A stretch of 64,000 bases of DNA from an uncultured delta proteobacterium (GTDB lineage Bacteria; Desulfobacterota; Desulfomonilia; UBA1062), in the NCBI GenBank assembly GCA_963785235.1, contig CAWAUM010000002.1, positions 160,001 to 224,000 of the forward strand. The letters are read 5' to 3'. Position 1 is the stretch's first letter, and the number at the start of each line of letters is the position of its first letter. The notes under the pieces were generated by a model that saw only the letters and a list, made by a program, of their open reading frames with translations, had not been told where the DNA came from and made no database searches. A program made the translations under genes and the position numbers. Below are positions 31,859 to 42,851 of the stretch, in pieces.

Positions 31859-33982
31859 TTACACCCTATCAATCCCGGTTACCCCTTTGAGTTTTCTGAT
31901 CTCTGTAAAAATTTTATCTAGCTCCCGGAGATCCTTAACCATAACCCTGAACACGCACCTTGAGTGCCCATCCGGAAGGGAGGAGACGTTCAGCTTGGTG
32001 ATGTTGATATTTTTTATCCCAAGGATTGCTGTTATGGAACCCAGCATGCCTGGTTTATCTTCACAGGTGACAGAGAACTCTATCTCGTGACTTCCGCTGA
32101 TACCGGTATCCCATTCCACCGGGATAAGTCTCTGGGCGTCGATCTCGTTTGTATAAAGGCAATTCATGCGGTGGACCGTGATCCCTTTGCCGCGAGTAAT
32201 GAACCCTATGATTTCATCGCCGGGTATGGGCCTGCAGCAACGGGCATATCGGACGAGCAGGTTCTCGACACCCTTGACTACTACGTTGGTGCCTTCCTGT
32301 TTTTTCTTTGGTGTGACATCCTTATGTTCCTTCTTCTGCTCCTCGGGAATGATCTTGTGGATAACCTGGTTAACCGAGGTTCTCCCGAAGCCGATGGAGG
32401 CGTAAAGATCTTCGGTGGTCTTGAACAAGAACTCCCTGGCAAGGGATTCAAGATCGATATCCTTCGCCACATGATGGCTTTTTAACTTCTTTTCGAGCAT
32501 CTCCCTTCCAAGCGCGATACTTTGCTCACGCTCCTGCGTCCTCAACCATGTCTGGATCTTGTTTCTTGCCCTCGATGTCTTTGCTATCCTCAGCCAGTCT
32601 TTGCTCGGGTGTTGCTTCGGAGACCGGAGGATCTCGATGACATCTCCGCTTTTCAGCTCGAAATTTAGCTTTACTATCTGCCCGTTTACCTTGGCCCCGG
32701 CACACTGGTTTCCAAGCTGCGTATGGACGCTGTAGGCAAAATCAAGGGGAGTCGCCCCCAAGGGGAACTGCAGCACTTCGCCTCTGGGTGTGAAGACAAA
32801 GACATCTTCAGGATAGAGGTCAAGTTTTACACTCTGAAGAAACTCGTGCGGATCTTTGAGCTCCTTTTGTGATTCCAGCAACCGCCTGAGCCAGGAGAGC
32901 TCATGGCCTTGCTGATCCTTGAACCTGGGTTGATCCTTCAGCTTGGAGTAATCTTTATAGAGCCAGTGTGCAGCGATACCTTCATTGGCAATAAAATCCA
33001 TCTCGAAGGTCCTGATCTGGATCTCAATCCTCTCCCCTCCCGGACCGAACACCGTAGTGTGCAGAGATTGATATTTATTCGGCTTGGGCATGGCGATGAA
33101 GTCCTTGATCCTCTGCTGAATAGGCTTCCACATGGAATGGATAATGCCCAGGGTCTCATAACATTCACCTACAGTTGTTACGAGAACCCGTACCCCGAGG
33201 ACATCATAAATGTTCTCTAAAGAGATACCTTGGCGCTTGAGCTTCTGATAGACGCTGTAGATATTTTTTATCCTGCCCTTGAGCTCGGCCTTGATCTCCG
33301 CTCCGGTGAGCTTGGCTTGGATATGCGCTATAACTTCTTTGATATATTCATCTTTTTCTTTTGCTATGGAGTCCAACGTGGCCTTCAAGATGCGATAATC
33401 ATCCGGTTCCAGGAATTTCAGACTGAGCTCTTCCAGTTCCACCTGGAGCCAGTGAATACCAAGCCTGTTGGCCAAGGGGGCATAGATATCAAGGGTCTCC
33501 CGTGCTATCCTGATCTGTGATTCGCGTTTATGGTATTCCAGGGTTCGCATGTTATGGAGGCGGTCCACCAGCTTTATGAGAAGAACCCTTAAGTCCTTGC
33601 TCATGGCAAGGATCATTTTGCGGAAGTTCTCTGCCTGCTGTTCTTCAACAGAACGGAAATTCATCTTGCTGATCTTGGTGAGTCCGTCAACTACCTGTGC
33701 CACCTCAGCGCCGAATCCCACCTTGATTTCTTCTATTGTGATGAGGCTGTCCTCGACGGTGTCATGAAGGAGGGAAGCGACTATGGCCGTTGCGTCAAGA
33801 TGCATCTGACCGGCCAGGTAGGCCACTTCAAGGGGATGGTTGAGGTATGGTTCTCCGGATAGCCTCGTTTGACCCTGATGAACCCGGGCTGAAAAGACAT
33901 AGGCCTTCTCTATCAGGCGCTTTTCTGCCTCCGGGGCATAGGCGGATACCTCATCGAGGATGTCATTTATCCGTATGGTCAA
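31859..33982 (-). CDS. spoT: Bifunctional (p)ppGpp synthetase/hydrolase
   Basis: HDTVED, DRLHNMRTL, YQSLHT, EIQIRT, TGS and ACT domains. Confidence 0.93.
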   Translation of the reverse strand: MTIRINDILDEVSAYAPEAEKRLIEKAYVFSARVHQGQTRLSGEPYLNHPLEVAYLAGQMHLDATAIVASLLHDTVEDSLITIEEIKVGFGAEVAQVVDGLTKISKMNFRSVEEQQAENFRKMILAMSKDLRVLLIKLVDRLHNMRTLEYHKRESQIRIARETLDIYAPLANRLGIHWLQVELEELSLKFLEPDDYRILKATLDSIAKEKDEYIKEVIAHIQAKLTGAEIKAELKGRIKNIYSVYQKLKRQGISLENIYDVLGVRVLVTTVGECYETLGIIHSMWKPIQQRIKDFIAMPKPNKYQSLHTTVFGPGGERIEIQIRTFEMDFIANEGIAAHWLYKDYSKLKDQPRFKDQQGHELSWLRRLLESQKELKDPHEFLQSVKLDLYPEDVFVFTPRGEVLQFPLGATPLDFAYSVHTQLGNQCAGAKVNGQIVKLNFELKSGDVIEILRSPKQHPSKDWLRIAKTSRARNKIQTWLRTQEREQSIALGREMLEKKLKSHHVAKDIDLESLAREFLFKTTEDLYASIGFGRTSVNQVIHKIIPEEQKKEHKDVTPKKKQEGTNVVVKGVENLLVRYARCCRPIPGDEIIGFITRGKGITVHRMNCLYTNEIDAQRLIPVEWDTGISGSHEIEFSVTCEDKPGMLGSITAILGIKNINITKLNVSSLPDGHSRCVFRVMVKDLRELDKIFTEIRKLKGVTGIDRV

Positions 33983-35702
33983 CGATTGTACCCTTCACCT
34001 CAAGCTGCTTCTCACAATAATCGAGAATCTCATCTGTTCCGATCTTCTCCACCTTTCCACTTGACCTGTCCTTGAATTCTACTACACCTCCGGCCAGATC
34101 CTTAGCCCCTACGGTTACCCTCAACGGGACACCGATAAGGTCGGCGTCCTTGAACTTCACACCGGGTCTTACATCCCTGTCATCAATCAACACATCAAAC
34201 CCTAAAGCGATAAGGCCGTCATAGATGCGCCTTGCTACTTCCATGGCAGGTCCCTCATTCACATTAATAGCAATTACCACCACATGGTATGGTGCAATGG
34301 CCATGGGGAAGATGATGCCGTTATCATCATGGTTCTGCTCAAGGGCGGCCGCCACTGTCCTGCCTACACCGATTCCATAGCAGCCCATGATCAGGGGCTT
34401 GGGCTTCCCGTCCTCATCGAGGAAGAGGGCGTTCATCGTCTTGGAATACTTCGTGCCCAGTTTGAAGACATGCCCCACCTCGATGCCCCGGATGACTTTA
34501 AGTTTTCCTGCCTGACACCGGGGGCAGCTGTCTCCTGTGATGGCTGCACGGATGTCCGCCACCAGGTCGACCTTGATGTCGCGCGAGAACCAGACATCCT
34601 TGATATGATAGTCCTGCTTGTTCGCCCCTGTCACATATGCACTGCCTTTAAGGAGCGAGGCGTCTGCGACCTTTTTCAACGTAAGGCCGACAGGACCTGC
34701 AAACCCCCTCGGCGCCTTGGTATATTTTTCTATGGCGAATTCATCCGCGAGCTCCACGGACTCGCACCCAAGTGCCCGCCTCAGCTTGGCCTCGCTGATT
34801 TCATGGTCTCCTCGTACAAGGGCTGCCACCGGGCCGTCCTCTGTTGTGTAAATAAGGGTCTTAATCAAATTTGATGGCTCAATCTTCAAAAATTCGCACA
34901 CCTCCTCCACTGTCCTGATATTCGGGGTGTGAACCTCCGCAGGCGTCCCTTCCGGCGACTTTGGAAAAGAGAGATCACCTGGCATTGCCACCTCTGCCCT
35001 TTCCTGGTTTGCAGCATACTTGCACGCGTCACAGCTCAGGATGGCGTCCTCACCGGTATCGGCCAGAACCATGAATTCGTGGGAAAAATTACCCCCGATG
35101 GGTCCAGAATCCGCCTCTACAGCTTTAAACTTCAGGCCACACCTTTGAAAGATCCTTTCATAGGCCTTATACATGGCCTCATAACTTTTCTGCGCACCCT
35201 GATCGTCCTTATCAAAGGAATAGGCATCTTTCATGATGAACTCTCGCGCCCTCATGACCCCGAAGCGCGGCCTTATCTCGTCGCGGAACTTGGTCTGGAT
35301 CTGATACAGATTGAGCGGGAGCTCCTTGTAGGAATGGACGTAGTCCCTCACGATCTCGGTGATGACCTCCTCATGGGTGGGCCCAATGACGAATTCCGCA
35401 CCCTTACGGTCTGATACCCGCAGGAGTTCCTTGCCGTAAACAGACCATCTGCCGCTCTCCTTCCAGATTTCAGAGGGCTGGACGGCAGGGAGCAGGACCT
35501 CCTGGGCGCCTGCGGCGTTCATCTCTTCGCGGATGATCTTCTCGACCTTGCGGAGGGCCTTCAGACCGTAGGGCAAATACGAATATATACCTGAGGCAAG
35601 CTTCTTGATCATACATGCCCTGAGCATCAGCTTGTGGCTTACCACCTCTGCATCGCGGGGCTCTTCCTTAAGGGTGTGGAGAAAAAACGAGGACATCTTC
35701 AT
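33963..35702 (-). CDS. proS: Proline--tRNA ligase
   Basis: GPTHEE, FRDEIRPRFG, INS domain, MGCYGIG. Confidence 0.97.
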   Translation of the reverse strand: MKMSSFFLHTLKEEPRDAEVVSHKLMLRACMIKKLASGIYSYLPYGLKALRKVEKIIREEMNAAGAQEVLLPAVQPSEIWKESGRWSVYGKELLRVSDRKGAEFVIGPTHEEVITEIVRDYVHSYKELPLNLYQIQTKFRDEIRPRFGVMRAREFIMKDAYSFDKDDQGAQKSYEAMYKAYERIFQRCGLKFKAVEADSGPIGGNFSHEFMVLADTGEDAILSCDACKYAANQERAEVAMPGDLSFPKSPEGTPAEVHTPNIRTVEEVCEFLKIEPSNLIKTLIYTTEDGPVAALVRGDHEISEAKLRRALGCESVELADEFAIEKYTKAPRGFAGPVGLTLKKVADASLLKGSAYVTGANKQDYHIKDVWFSRDIKVDLVADIRAAITGDSCPRCQAGKLKVIRGIEVGHVFKLGTKYSKTMNALFLDEDGKPKPLIMGCYGIGVGRTVAAALEQNHDDNGIIFPMAIAPYHVVVIAINVNEGPAMEVARRIYDGLIALGFDVLIDDRDVRPGVKFKDADLIGVPLRVTVGAKDLAGGVVEFKDRSSGKVEKIGTDEILDYCEKQLEVKGTIVDHTDK

Positions 35703-36763
35703 GAAACATTCTCCTTCTGTAGTTCATTCACAATTGTTTGCACAATGTCTGCAGTCTTGATCCGTCGCAAGGATTTCCCATGAGAAAACAGCAGCGCGCC
35801 CTTTTTATCGCATGCCACTCCAAGGTCTGCTATCCTGGCCTCTCCGGGGCCGTTCACCACGCACCCCATGACCGCCACGACTATATGTTTCCTGATATTC
35901 TTCAGCGCATCCTCCAGTTCGGAGGCAATGGCCGCCACATCCGCGCAGCTCCTGGCGCAGGTGGGGCATGCAATGACCCGTACCCCCTCTTTTCTGAGGC
36001 CCAGGCATTCCAGCAGGATTTTGCCGGCAAAGACCTCCTGGATCGGGTCAGCTGACAGCGAAATCCGTATGGTATCGCCGATGCCCTCTTCAAGGAGCGT
36101 CCCGATACCGGCTGAGGAGCGGATCAATCCAGACAGTAGCGGACCTGCCTCTGTCACACCAAGGTGAAGGGGCCAGGATTGAACCTTTGAGAACCTCCGG
36201 TAGGAATCAATGGTCTCTATGACATCAGAAGATTTCAGAGAAACCTTCATGGACTCTACACCCATATCCTCGAGCATCTCGACATATTGCCTGGCATTTT
36301 CAATCAAGGCACCCACGTGATCATCTGCATATTTTGCAAGAAGAGACCTCTTGACCGAGCCGAGATTGACCCCAACCCTGATGGGTACTTTACGCTCGAT
36401 GGACGCCTTGGCCACGGCCTTAAGCCTTTCTTTACCGCCGATATTGCCGGGATTGATGCGGATACCATCGGCCCCTTGTCTAATAGCCCCGATAGCAAGC
36501 CGGTGGTCAAAGTGAATGTCTGCAATGAGAGGCAATCGGATACCTTTCCTGATCTTGCCAAAGGCCACGAGCGAGTCTTCATCCGGGATACTGACGCGGA
36601 CAATGTCGCATCCTGCCTTTTCGAGCCCCTCAATCTGTGCGATCGTACCCTTAACGTCCGTGGTGGCGGTATTGGTCATGGACTGAATGCTGACCGGAGA
36701 TCCCCCACCAATAGGGCATGTGCCGATATAAATCCTTCGTGTTTGTTCACGATGCTGCGCCAT
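35699..36763 (-). CDS. ispG: HMBPP synthase
   Basis: IQSMTN, ADIHF, RINPGN, HLGVTEAG, CPTC, MGCVVNGPGE. Confidence 0.97.
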   Translation of the reverse strand: MAQHREQTRRIYIGTCPIGGGSPVSIQSMTNTATTDVKGTIAQIEGLEKAGCDIVRVSIPDEDSLVAFGKIRKGIRLPLIADIHFDHRLAIGAIRQGADGIRINPGNIGGKERLKAVAKASIERKVPIRVGVNLGSVKRSLLAKYADDHVGALIENARQYVEMLEDMGVESMKVSLKSSDVIETIDSYRRFSKVQSWPLHLGVTEAGPLLSGLIRSSAGIGTLLEEGIGDTIRISLSADPIQEVFAGKILLECLGLRKEGVRVIACPTCARSCADVAAIASELEDALKNIRKHIVVAVMGCVVNGPGEARIADLGVACDKKGALLFSHGKSLRRIKTADIVQTIVNELQKENVS

Positions 36764-36830
36764 TTTTGATGAGTACCATATTAGGGGTTCTTACTCAAGA
36801 TTGGAAGCCGATTGAACGATAAGATCAAGG

Positions 36831-38768
36831 ATGATGAAATTGTCTCCTGATCAGATTGAGACCCTCCTCAATAATGTCGGCGAGTTGCCAACGTTGCCCT
36901 CCATAGCCACGGCAATCATGGAGAAAACAATGGAGGCAAGCGTAAGTGCACGGCAGGTTGCCGAGCTGATAGAGAAAGACCAGGCGCTTTCACTGAAGGT
37001 GCTCAGGGTTGCGAACTCACCATTTTACCGGAGGATCAAGGAGATTTCCACCATACGCGGCGGCGTAGTCCTGCTCGGCTTCAATGTATTGAAAAGTATT
37101 GTTCTGAGTATCAGCGTCATCAATATGTTTAACGAAAAACAGCGCCATGCGCTCGACTTCTATAAATTCTGGCAGCATAGCATCGCATGCGCGGTGTGCG
37201 CAAAATCCATAGCGGGCAAGATACTGCCGGCTTCATCCGAGGATGCCTTCGTTGCGGGCTTGCTGCACGACCTCGGTAAGGTCATTGCCGATCAGATCAT
37301 CTGTAAACACGGCGAATACAATGGGGTATTTGAAGCAATGAATCGTGTCGGTGCGGATATCTGTGAAATCGAACAGGGCATCATGGGCATCGATCACGCA
37401 TCCATCGGCAAATACCTCATGGAGCGCTGGAACCTGCCCGGTCACCTCAGCAAGGCCGTAGGCTACCATCACAGCCTCATCGACATTACTGATGATGTAC
37501 AGACCAAACAGCTATGCTCCATCATCCATGTGGCAGATATGGTTGCTAACCACCTGGGGCTTGGGATAAATCCGATCCAGACAGGGTTCATCGATCCATC
37601 TCTGCTCCACCAACTGAAACTAACCAGCCAGGACATCCAGGATATCTCCATTTCCCTGAAGGACAATATCTCGGCCATCAGTGATGAGCTGGGTATCCCT
37701 ACGGCCGAGCCCAAGACCTATTTTGAGGTGCTGCAGTCGGCAAATGCCCACCTGGGCAGATTAGGCCTTGACCTGGAACAGAAAAAGATGGCCCTGGAAC
37801 GCAGAACCATGGAACTCGTCAGCCTCAACCAGATGAGCAGCAACCTCCAGGCATCGTTGAAGCTCTCTGAGATTACAAACACCATTGCATCCAATACAAT
37901 CACCATCCTTGATGCCAAAAAAACCAGGTGCCTGATCCGACTCAACAACCTTCGTATCATGGTTACTGAATCCTTCATGCTTGGCGAATCCCCTCAGACC
38001 AAAGCGGGCATTGCAAGCGCAACAAAAGAGATGTTGGATAGGACGAACGGCATCTTTCCCAAATCCAGTGGTATCATCTTTACAGCCTTAAAGGTAGACG
38101 GCAAGATCATCGGCGCTATCGAGGTACTTCTGAAGGACAACCTGGGTCCGGATGAAATCTCTCAGAAGGGGCTCCTGCTGCGCACCATTGCCGAGGTGAG
38201 TTCTCAGGCTATCCAACGGGCTATGCTTATTACCAAGAACATGAAGGCAGGAAAACTGGCAGCTGTTACCAAGACCGCCATTGCGGCAAACCATGAGATT
38301 AATTCACCCCTGACCACCATTTTATTAAAGCTTGATATGCTCACAGGCGAATTGCAGTTGAGCGCGGCAGCAAAGAAGGTCATCAATGAGATTAAAGGAG
38401 AGGCCATTGCTGTCAGGAATGTCGTAAAAAAGATGCTGGAGATATCAGATGTGGTGGAAACTTCCTATACACAGAATGAAAAGATGCTCGACCTGAGACA
38501 GAGAGCAAATACACAATCGAGAGAACCTTTGCACAAGGAAAAGGCTCCGGATCAGGGCGATATTGCCGGATTTGAGGATTATATCGAGGAACAACCAAAG
38601 ATTGAGGCTGTCTCGAAAGGCGCAAGACCAGGCAATATCGAACATACGCCAGGATTTGAAGATTACCTGGAAGACAAGTCAACGGCTTCCGCAGGGACAA
38701 AGACTGTATCAAAGGGCAATGAAAAAAATGTTGATACCCCCGGCTTCGAGGATTACCTCGATAAATAG
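36831..38768 (+). CDS. HDOD-domain signalling protein with HisKA-like helix and repeated C-terminal motif
   Basis: LPTLP, ANS, FWQHS, LLHDLGK, HH; HEINSPL; three GFEDY motifs. Confidence 0.85.
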   Translation: MMKLSPDQIETLLNNVGELPTLPSIATAIMEKTMEASVSARQVAELIEKDQALSLKVLRVANSPFYRRIKEISTIRGGVVLLGFNVLKSIVLSISVINMFNEKQRHALDFYKFWQHSIACAVCAKSIAGKILPASSEDAFVAGLLHDLGKVIADQIICKHGEYNGVFEAMNRVGADICEIEQGIMGIDHASIGKYLMERWNLPGHLSKAVGYHHSLIDITDDVQTKQLCSIIHVADMVANHLGLGINPIQTGFIDPSLLHQLKLTSQDIQDISISLKDNISAISDELGIPTAEPKTYFEVLQSANAHLGRLGLDLEQKKMALERRTMELVSLNQMSSNLQASLKLSEITNTIASNTITILDAKKTRCLIRLNNLRIMVTESFMLGESPQTKAGIASATKEMLDRTNGIFPKSSGIIFTALKVDGKIIGAIEVLLKDNLGPDEISQKGLLLRTIAEVSSQAIQRAMLITKNMKAGKLAAVTKTAIAANHEINSPLTTILLKLDMLTGELQLSAAAKKVINEIKGEAIAVRNVVKKMLEISDVVETSYTQNEKMLDLRQRANTQSREPLHKEKAPDQGDIAGFEDYIEEQPKIEAVSKGARPGNIEHTPGFEDYLEDKSTASAGTKTVSKGNEKNVDTPGFEDYLDK

Positions 38769-38942
38769 GGTCATGCCTTTTCATAGTCACCCTTAGCTAT
38801 TCTCTCCGCTCAATTTCTTCATAAGGATCACCCGTAGATACTCAATTGTGTTTCCCGTTGATCCCAGATCAAGTTTTTTTATTCTTCTTAAACGTAAAAT
38901 CTGGGATAATATAAACAGCACATACATCGAGGGGGCAATTGT

Positions 38943-39929
38943 ATGGAATCACTCATTGATGATCAGGGCCGGATCAGGTGGGGTATCTATGACGAACCCA
39001 TCCAGAGCGTGAACTATCTCGACTATGACCTCCAGACACCGATGGGTCTGACCTTGCCGAAGTCCTTGAAACGGCTCCTGGCCAATCAGTTCCATTTTGT
39101 CGGTATCATGGGCCCGGAGGTCATCGGCGGCCTGGCCGTCGTTGACCTGAAATATGTGGCAAACGGTTTTTTCTATCTGTATGACCGGCAGGCAAGGCGT
39201 ATGTATGAAGCCACAGCACTTTCGGTTGCAGGGGGCAGAATCAAGCCCACGCCCGAGCAGCCATTGAGCACCTTTTCTTCCGGTGGACTCACCATAGATA
39301 TAAACAATTCCCGGGTGTCGGCACAGGGGAAAGGTATCTCGCTGCTGCTCGACCTTGATACCAAGGCAACAAAACCCCTGAGGATCTGCACTCGAGCCGG
39401 GTACCGTGGATGGGTCTATACGCAAAAGACAAGCCCGGTCCTTGTGCGCGGTTCTGCCAGGATAGGAGATAGACAGATCGAGGTCTCATCACCCGCCACC
39501 ATGGCCCTCATGGACTGGACCTGCGGATACATGAGAAGGAAGACCTGCTGGAACTGGGCAGCCTCTGCTGCAACACTGCCTGACAACAGATCGTTTGGCC
39601 TCAACCTCTCCTGCGGGGTGAATGAGACGAGCTTTACAGAAAACGCCTTTTGGATAGATGGCACCATGACAAAGGTGGACACGATCAACTATATCTTCGA
39701 TGCCCGCGACCTCATGAAACCCTGGCTCATCACCTCATTCGACAAAAAGGTCGATCTTACCTTTAATCCCGAGGCCTCCAGAGGGGAGAAGATCAATACA
39801 GGATTTGTAGCATCCCGGTTCACCCAACTCATCGGCATGTTCGAGGGTACTCTGACTACCGACTCCGGAGAGATGATACAGATAAAAGATTGTCCGGGCT
39901 TTACCGAGGACCATTATGCCAAGTGGTGA
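38943..39929 (+). CDS. DUF2804-like protein
   Basis: DWTCGYMRRKTCWNW, ENAFW, FTQLIG, GFTEDHYAKW. Confidence 0.7.
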   Translation: MESLIDDQGRIRWGIYDEPIQSVNYLDYDLQTPMGLTLPKSLKRLLANQFHFVGIMGPEVIGGLAVVDLKYVANGFFYLYDRQARRMYEATALSVAGGRIKPTPEQPLSTFSSGGLTIDINNSRVSAQGKGISLLLDLDTKATKPLRICTRAGYRGWVYTQKTSPVLVRGSARIGDRQIEVSSPATMALMDWTCGYMRRKTCWNWAASAATLPDNRSFGLNLSCGVNETSFTENAFWIDGTMTKVDTINYIFDARDLMKPWLITSFDKKVDLTFNPEASRGEKINTGFVASRFTQLIGMFEGTLTTDSGEMIQIKDCPGFTEDHYAKW

Positions 39930-40861
39930 ATCCTCTGGTTGATCTGGTTCAGCCAGTCGCGGTACATGACTGAGATCACCATGAAATCCTTCTCGTTGTC
40001 CACATCCAATGCAGCACCGCCGATGGTGGTCTCCACAAGCTTGAAACGTGCGCTGACTATGGCGGATATGAGTATCTCAAGCTTTTCCCTACAGACGGGA
40101 TAGCTTATGATTCGGGCTAGCCATTCCAGCCCCAGGGCAGAGAGGCCTGCAGATATCTGCAGGAGTATGTAGAGAAATAAGGTCGTACCTATCTTACCGG
40201 GTCCTAGTCTGATGATTTCCAGTATGGCCCTGGCTATATTAAATAATTTTTTCTGGTAACGGAACTCGTATACTTTGAGAATGAGATCGATGCTGTTCAT
40301 CAGGACAAAAGGCCGGGCCATGTGGAGGTTGTTCTGCCTGAAATTCCCTTCCCTGGTGTGGAATGTTGCCATCTTGATGCCCGGTCTCCCCTTGCGGGGA
40401 CCGAACAATTGTAAGATCTCCTCGGAGGTGATACCTGCAACATAGTCGCTATGCTCCATATCGCATCGCGATATGAACTCTTCCAACTCCTCTACGCAGA
40501 TCAAGGGGATATCGCCGGAAAGGAACAGGATGTGTTTTTGTGAATACTTATCAATTAATGCCCCGGTGATCTCCGGATTCTCACGATACTCGGGTAAGGT
40601 CTGGAGAAAACCCTCCCAGCCATTCTCTGCAAGGCTTCTCTTCTGCTGAACGATATGCACGCCAGTGTCACCGATGATCTCTTCGAACTTCTCCCTGGGC
40701 CCTACCACAACGATATTATCAATGAGTTTACAGGCCTTCAGGGTATCGACAATATGCCTGATCATAGGCTTTCCGCCAATATCGAGCAGCGCTTTATTCT
40801 TTTTAAACACCTTCCGCGAGGCCCTACCATCACCTGCAAGAACGACTGCGTCTATACCCAT
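39914..40861 (-). CDS. MobA-like NTP transferase family protein
   Basis: VVLAGDG, NKALL, GDIP, DVD. Confidence 0.75.
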   Translation of the reverse strand: MGIDAVVLAGDGRASRKVFKKNKALLDIGGKPMIRHIVDTLKACKLIDNIVVVGPREKFEEIIGDTGVHIVQQKRSLAENGWEGFLQTLPEYRENPEITGALIDKYSQKHILFLSGDIPLICVEELEEFISRCDMEHSDYVAGITSEEILQLFGPRKGRPGIKMATFHTREGNFRQNNLHMARPFVLMNSIDLILKVYEFRYQKKLFNIARAILEIIRLGPGKIGTTLFLYILLQISAGLSALGLEWLARIISYPVCREKLEILISAIVSARFKLVETTIGGAALDVDNEKDFMVISVMYRDWLNQINQRIHHLA

Positions 40862-41046
40862 AACATTGTATGAACGGGAAAATTGTCCGGATGTCAAGAC
40901 AGACTAGATACTCCTGCATAACTATCATGCCAGAGAATGGATTCAACGAAGGATGAAAACCTGTAGCAAAAGGCTTGTGAGCAGCCTACATGCGATTCAG
41001 AACATTGCACAACCTAACAAACTCTAAGAGGCAAACAAAAAATTGG

Positions 41047-41097
41047 CCCGTTCAAGACATGCATCTCGGCTTCACCGAGATGCATGTCTTGAACGGG
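41047..41097. repeat. 23-bp perfect inverted repeat in a divergent intergenic region
   Basis: CCCGTTCAAGACATGCATCTCGG-CTTCA-CCGAGATGCATGTCTTGAACGGG. Confidence 0.85.
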
Positions 41098-41243
41098 TAA
41101 GGTCTTTTCCTTTCCTCAACAAACTGTTTGGAGGGTTATGTTGGGGTCTTTACAATTTTTTCACGGAGTATATTAGTACCTTGAAATATTTTTCACCGTG
41201 CCTTACCACATACCTATTCACACTATTAAAGGGTTGAATCTCC

Positions 41244-41960
41244 ATGAAATTATTATCTCGGGCATTCTTACTTCAGGGGCTGAGAGCAGCGTTACCCATC
41301 TGGGTAGGATATGCAGCTGTGGGCATACCCTTCGGAGTCCTGGCAAGACAGGCCGGGCTTTCGCCGATACAGATCGCCCTGATGTCCATAATCGTCTTTG
41401 CCGGGAGTTCTCAGTTCATAGCAGTCGCCATGATAGGATCAGGTGCATCCGTCCTTCCCATCATCATCACCACCTTCTTTGTCAACCTCAGGCACCTCCT
41501 CATGAGCTCAAGCCTGGCACTTCATCTTAAAGGCATCTCAAAGGGACGATTAAGCCTGTTCGCCTATGGGATCACGGATGAGAGCTTTGCGGTAAACCTT
41601 ACAAAGTTCATGTATGGCAGCTGGGATGTGAACAGGGCGCTTGTGGTGAATCACACGGCAAATGCTGTATGGATCGCAAGCACCATTGCCGGAGGCTATC
41701 TTGGAGAGGTAGTACCTGAAGGCGCCCTAGGTATCGACTATGCTTTGACTGCCATGTTCATAGCCTTGCTGGTTTTTCAGCTCAGGAACACTCTCGTCAT
41801 TGTCCTTTCTATTCTGTCAGGGTTGCTGTCGCTGTTCTTCTCACTGCTCCTGCCCGGGGCCTGGAATATTATCCTGGCATCCATGATTGCCGCATCCGCA
41901 GGTGTTTTCATCACATATGCCTTCAGATACCATAAAAAAGGTCCAGACAATGAGCTATGA
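41244..41960 (+). CDS. azlC: AzlC family branched-chain amino acid exporter
   Basis: FAGSSQF, VNLRHLLMS, TDESFA. Confidence 0.9.
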   Translation: MKLLSRAFLLQGLRAALPIWVGYAAVGIPFGVLARQAGLSPIQIALMSIIVFAGSSQFIAVAMIGSGASVLPIIITTFFVNLRHLLMSSSLALHLKGISKGRLSLFAYGITDESFAVNLTKFMYGSWDVNRALVVNHTANAVWIASTIAGGYLGEVVPEGALGIDYALTAMFIALLVFQLRNTLVIVLSILSGLLSLFFSLLLPGAWNIILASMIAASAGVFITYAFRYHKKGPDNEL

Positions 41961-42270
41961 TCAATATCTCATCTGCGTGCTCGGTATGGGTCTTGTTACC
42001 TACCTTCCCCGGTGGCTGCCTCTGGCGCTGCTGCCCCAAAGGGATATCCCGGAGACTCTTAAGGAGTGGCTCGGATTTATACCGGCCTGCATACTCAGCG
42101 CATTGGTGGCACCGGCCATTTTCCTCGATTCCACCGGAGATTTTCAGATACTTCAGGCCCGGTTCCTTACTGCAGTACCGACAATAATCTTTGCCTTAAA
42201 GACGAGGTCTCTCGGTGGGACGGTCATCGTCGGAATGCTTATATACTGGCTTACAACCAAGCTCGTCTGA
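41950..42270 (+). CDS. azlD: AzlD family protein
   Basis: VTYLPRWLP, PACILSAL; overlaps azlC end. Confidence 0.85.
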   Translation: MSYDQYLICVLGMGLVTYLPRWLPLALLPQRDIPETLKEWLGFIPACILSALVAPAIFLDSTGDFQILQARFLTAVPTIIFALKTRSLGGTVIVGMLIYWLTTKLV

Positions 42271-42410
42271 TATCCCTCAGACGCCCTTGCTCTTCCGGCA
42301 TCGCACAGTTCCCACCAAAGGACAGAAGGACATTCCTCCTTCGGCACTTGACATCCTTCCAGTCTTCAGATATATCCGAGCCCTATTTATCGCGCTAAGG
42401 AGTAGTATGT

Positions 42411-42839
42411 ATGGGTACATACCAAGCAAGAAAGGACGAGGTTGCCAGACAGTGGGTCCTTCTGGACGCAACTGATATGGTGCTCGGCAGACTGGCTGTT
42501 CAGATTGCCTCTATCCTCAGGGGAAAGACAAAACCTGAATTCACACCCCACACCGATGTGGGTGATTTCGTCGTTCTGATCAATGCCGACAAGATCAAGG
42601 TTACAGGCAACAAAATGGAGCAGAAGACATATTACCATCACAGCGGGTACATGGGCGGCATCAAGAGTGCAACCATGCGAGAGCTCCTCAATAAAAAACC
42701 TGAGGATGTCATCAAGCACGCTGTAAAGGGTATGCTCCCCAAGAATTCTCTTGGCAGGGCCATGTTCAAGAAGCTCAAGGTATACACTGGAGAGAACCAT
42801 CCGCATGAGGCGCAGATGCCTCAGCTATTAAGCAAGTAA
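42411..42839 (+). CDS. rplM: 50S ribosomal protein L13
   Basis: [25 protein letters not shown]. Confidence 0.98.
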   Translation: MGTYQARKDEVARQWVLLDATDMVLGRLAVQIASILRGKTKPEFTPHTDVGDFVVLINADKIKVTGNKMEQKTYYHHSGYMGGIKSATMRELLNKKPEDVIKHAVKGMLPKNSLGRAMFKKLKVYTGENHPHEAQMPQLLSK

Positions 42840-42851
42840 GAGGGTATTGGT

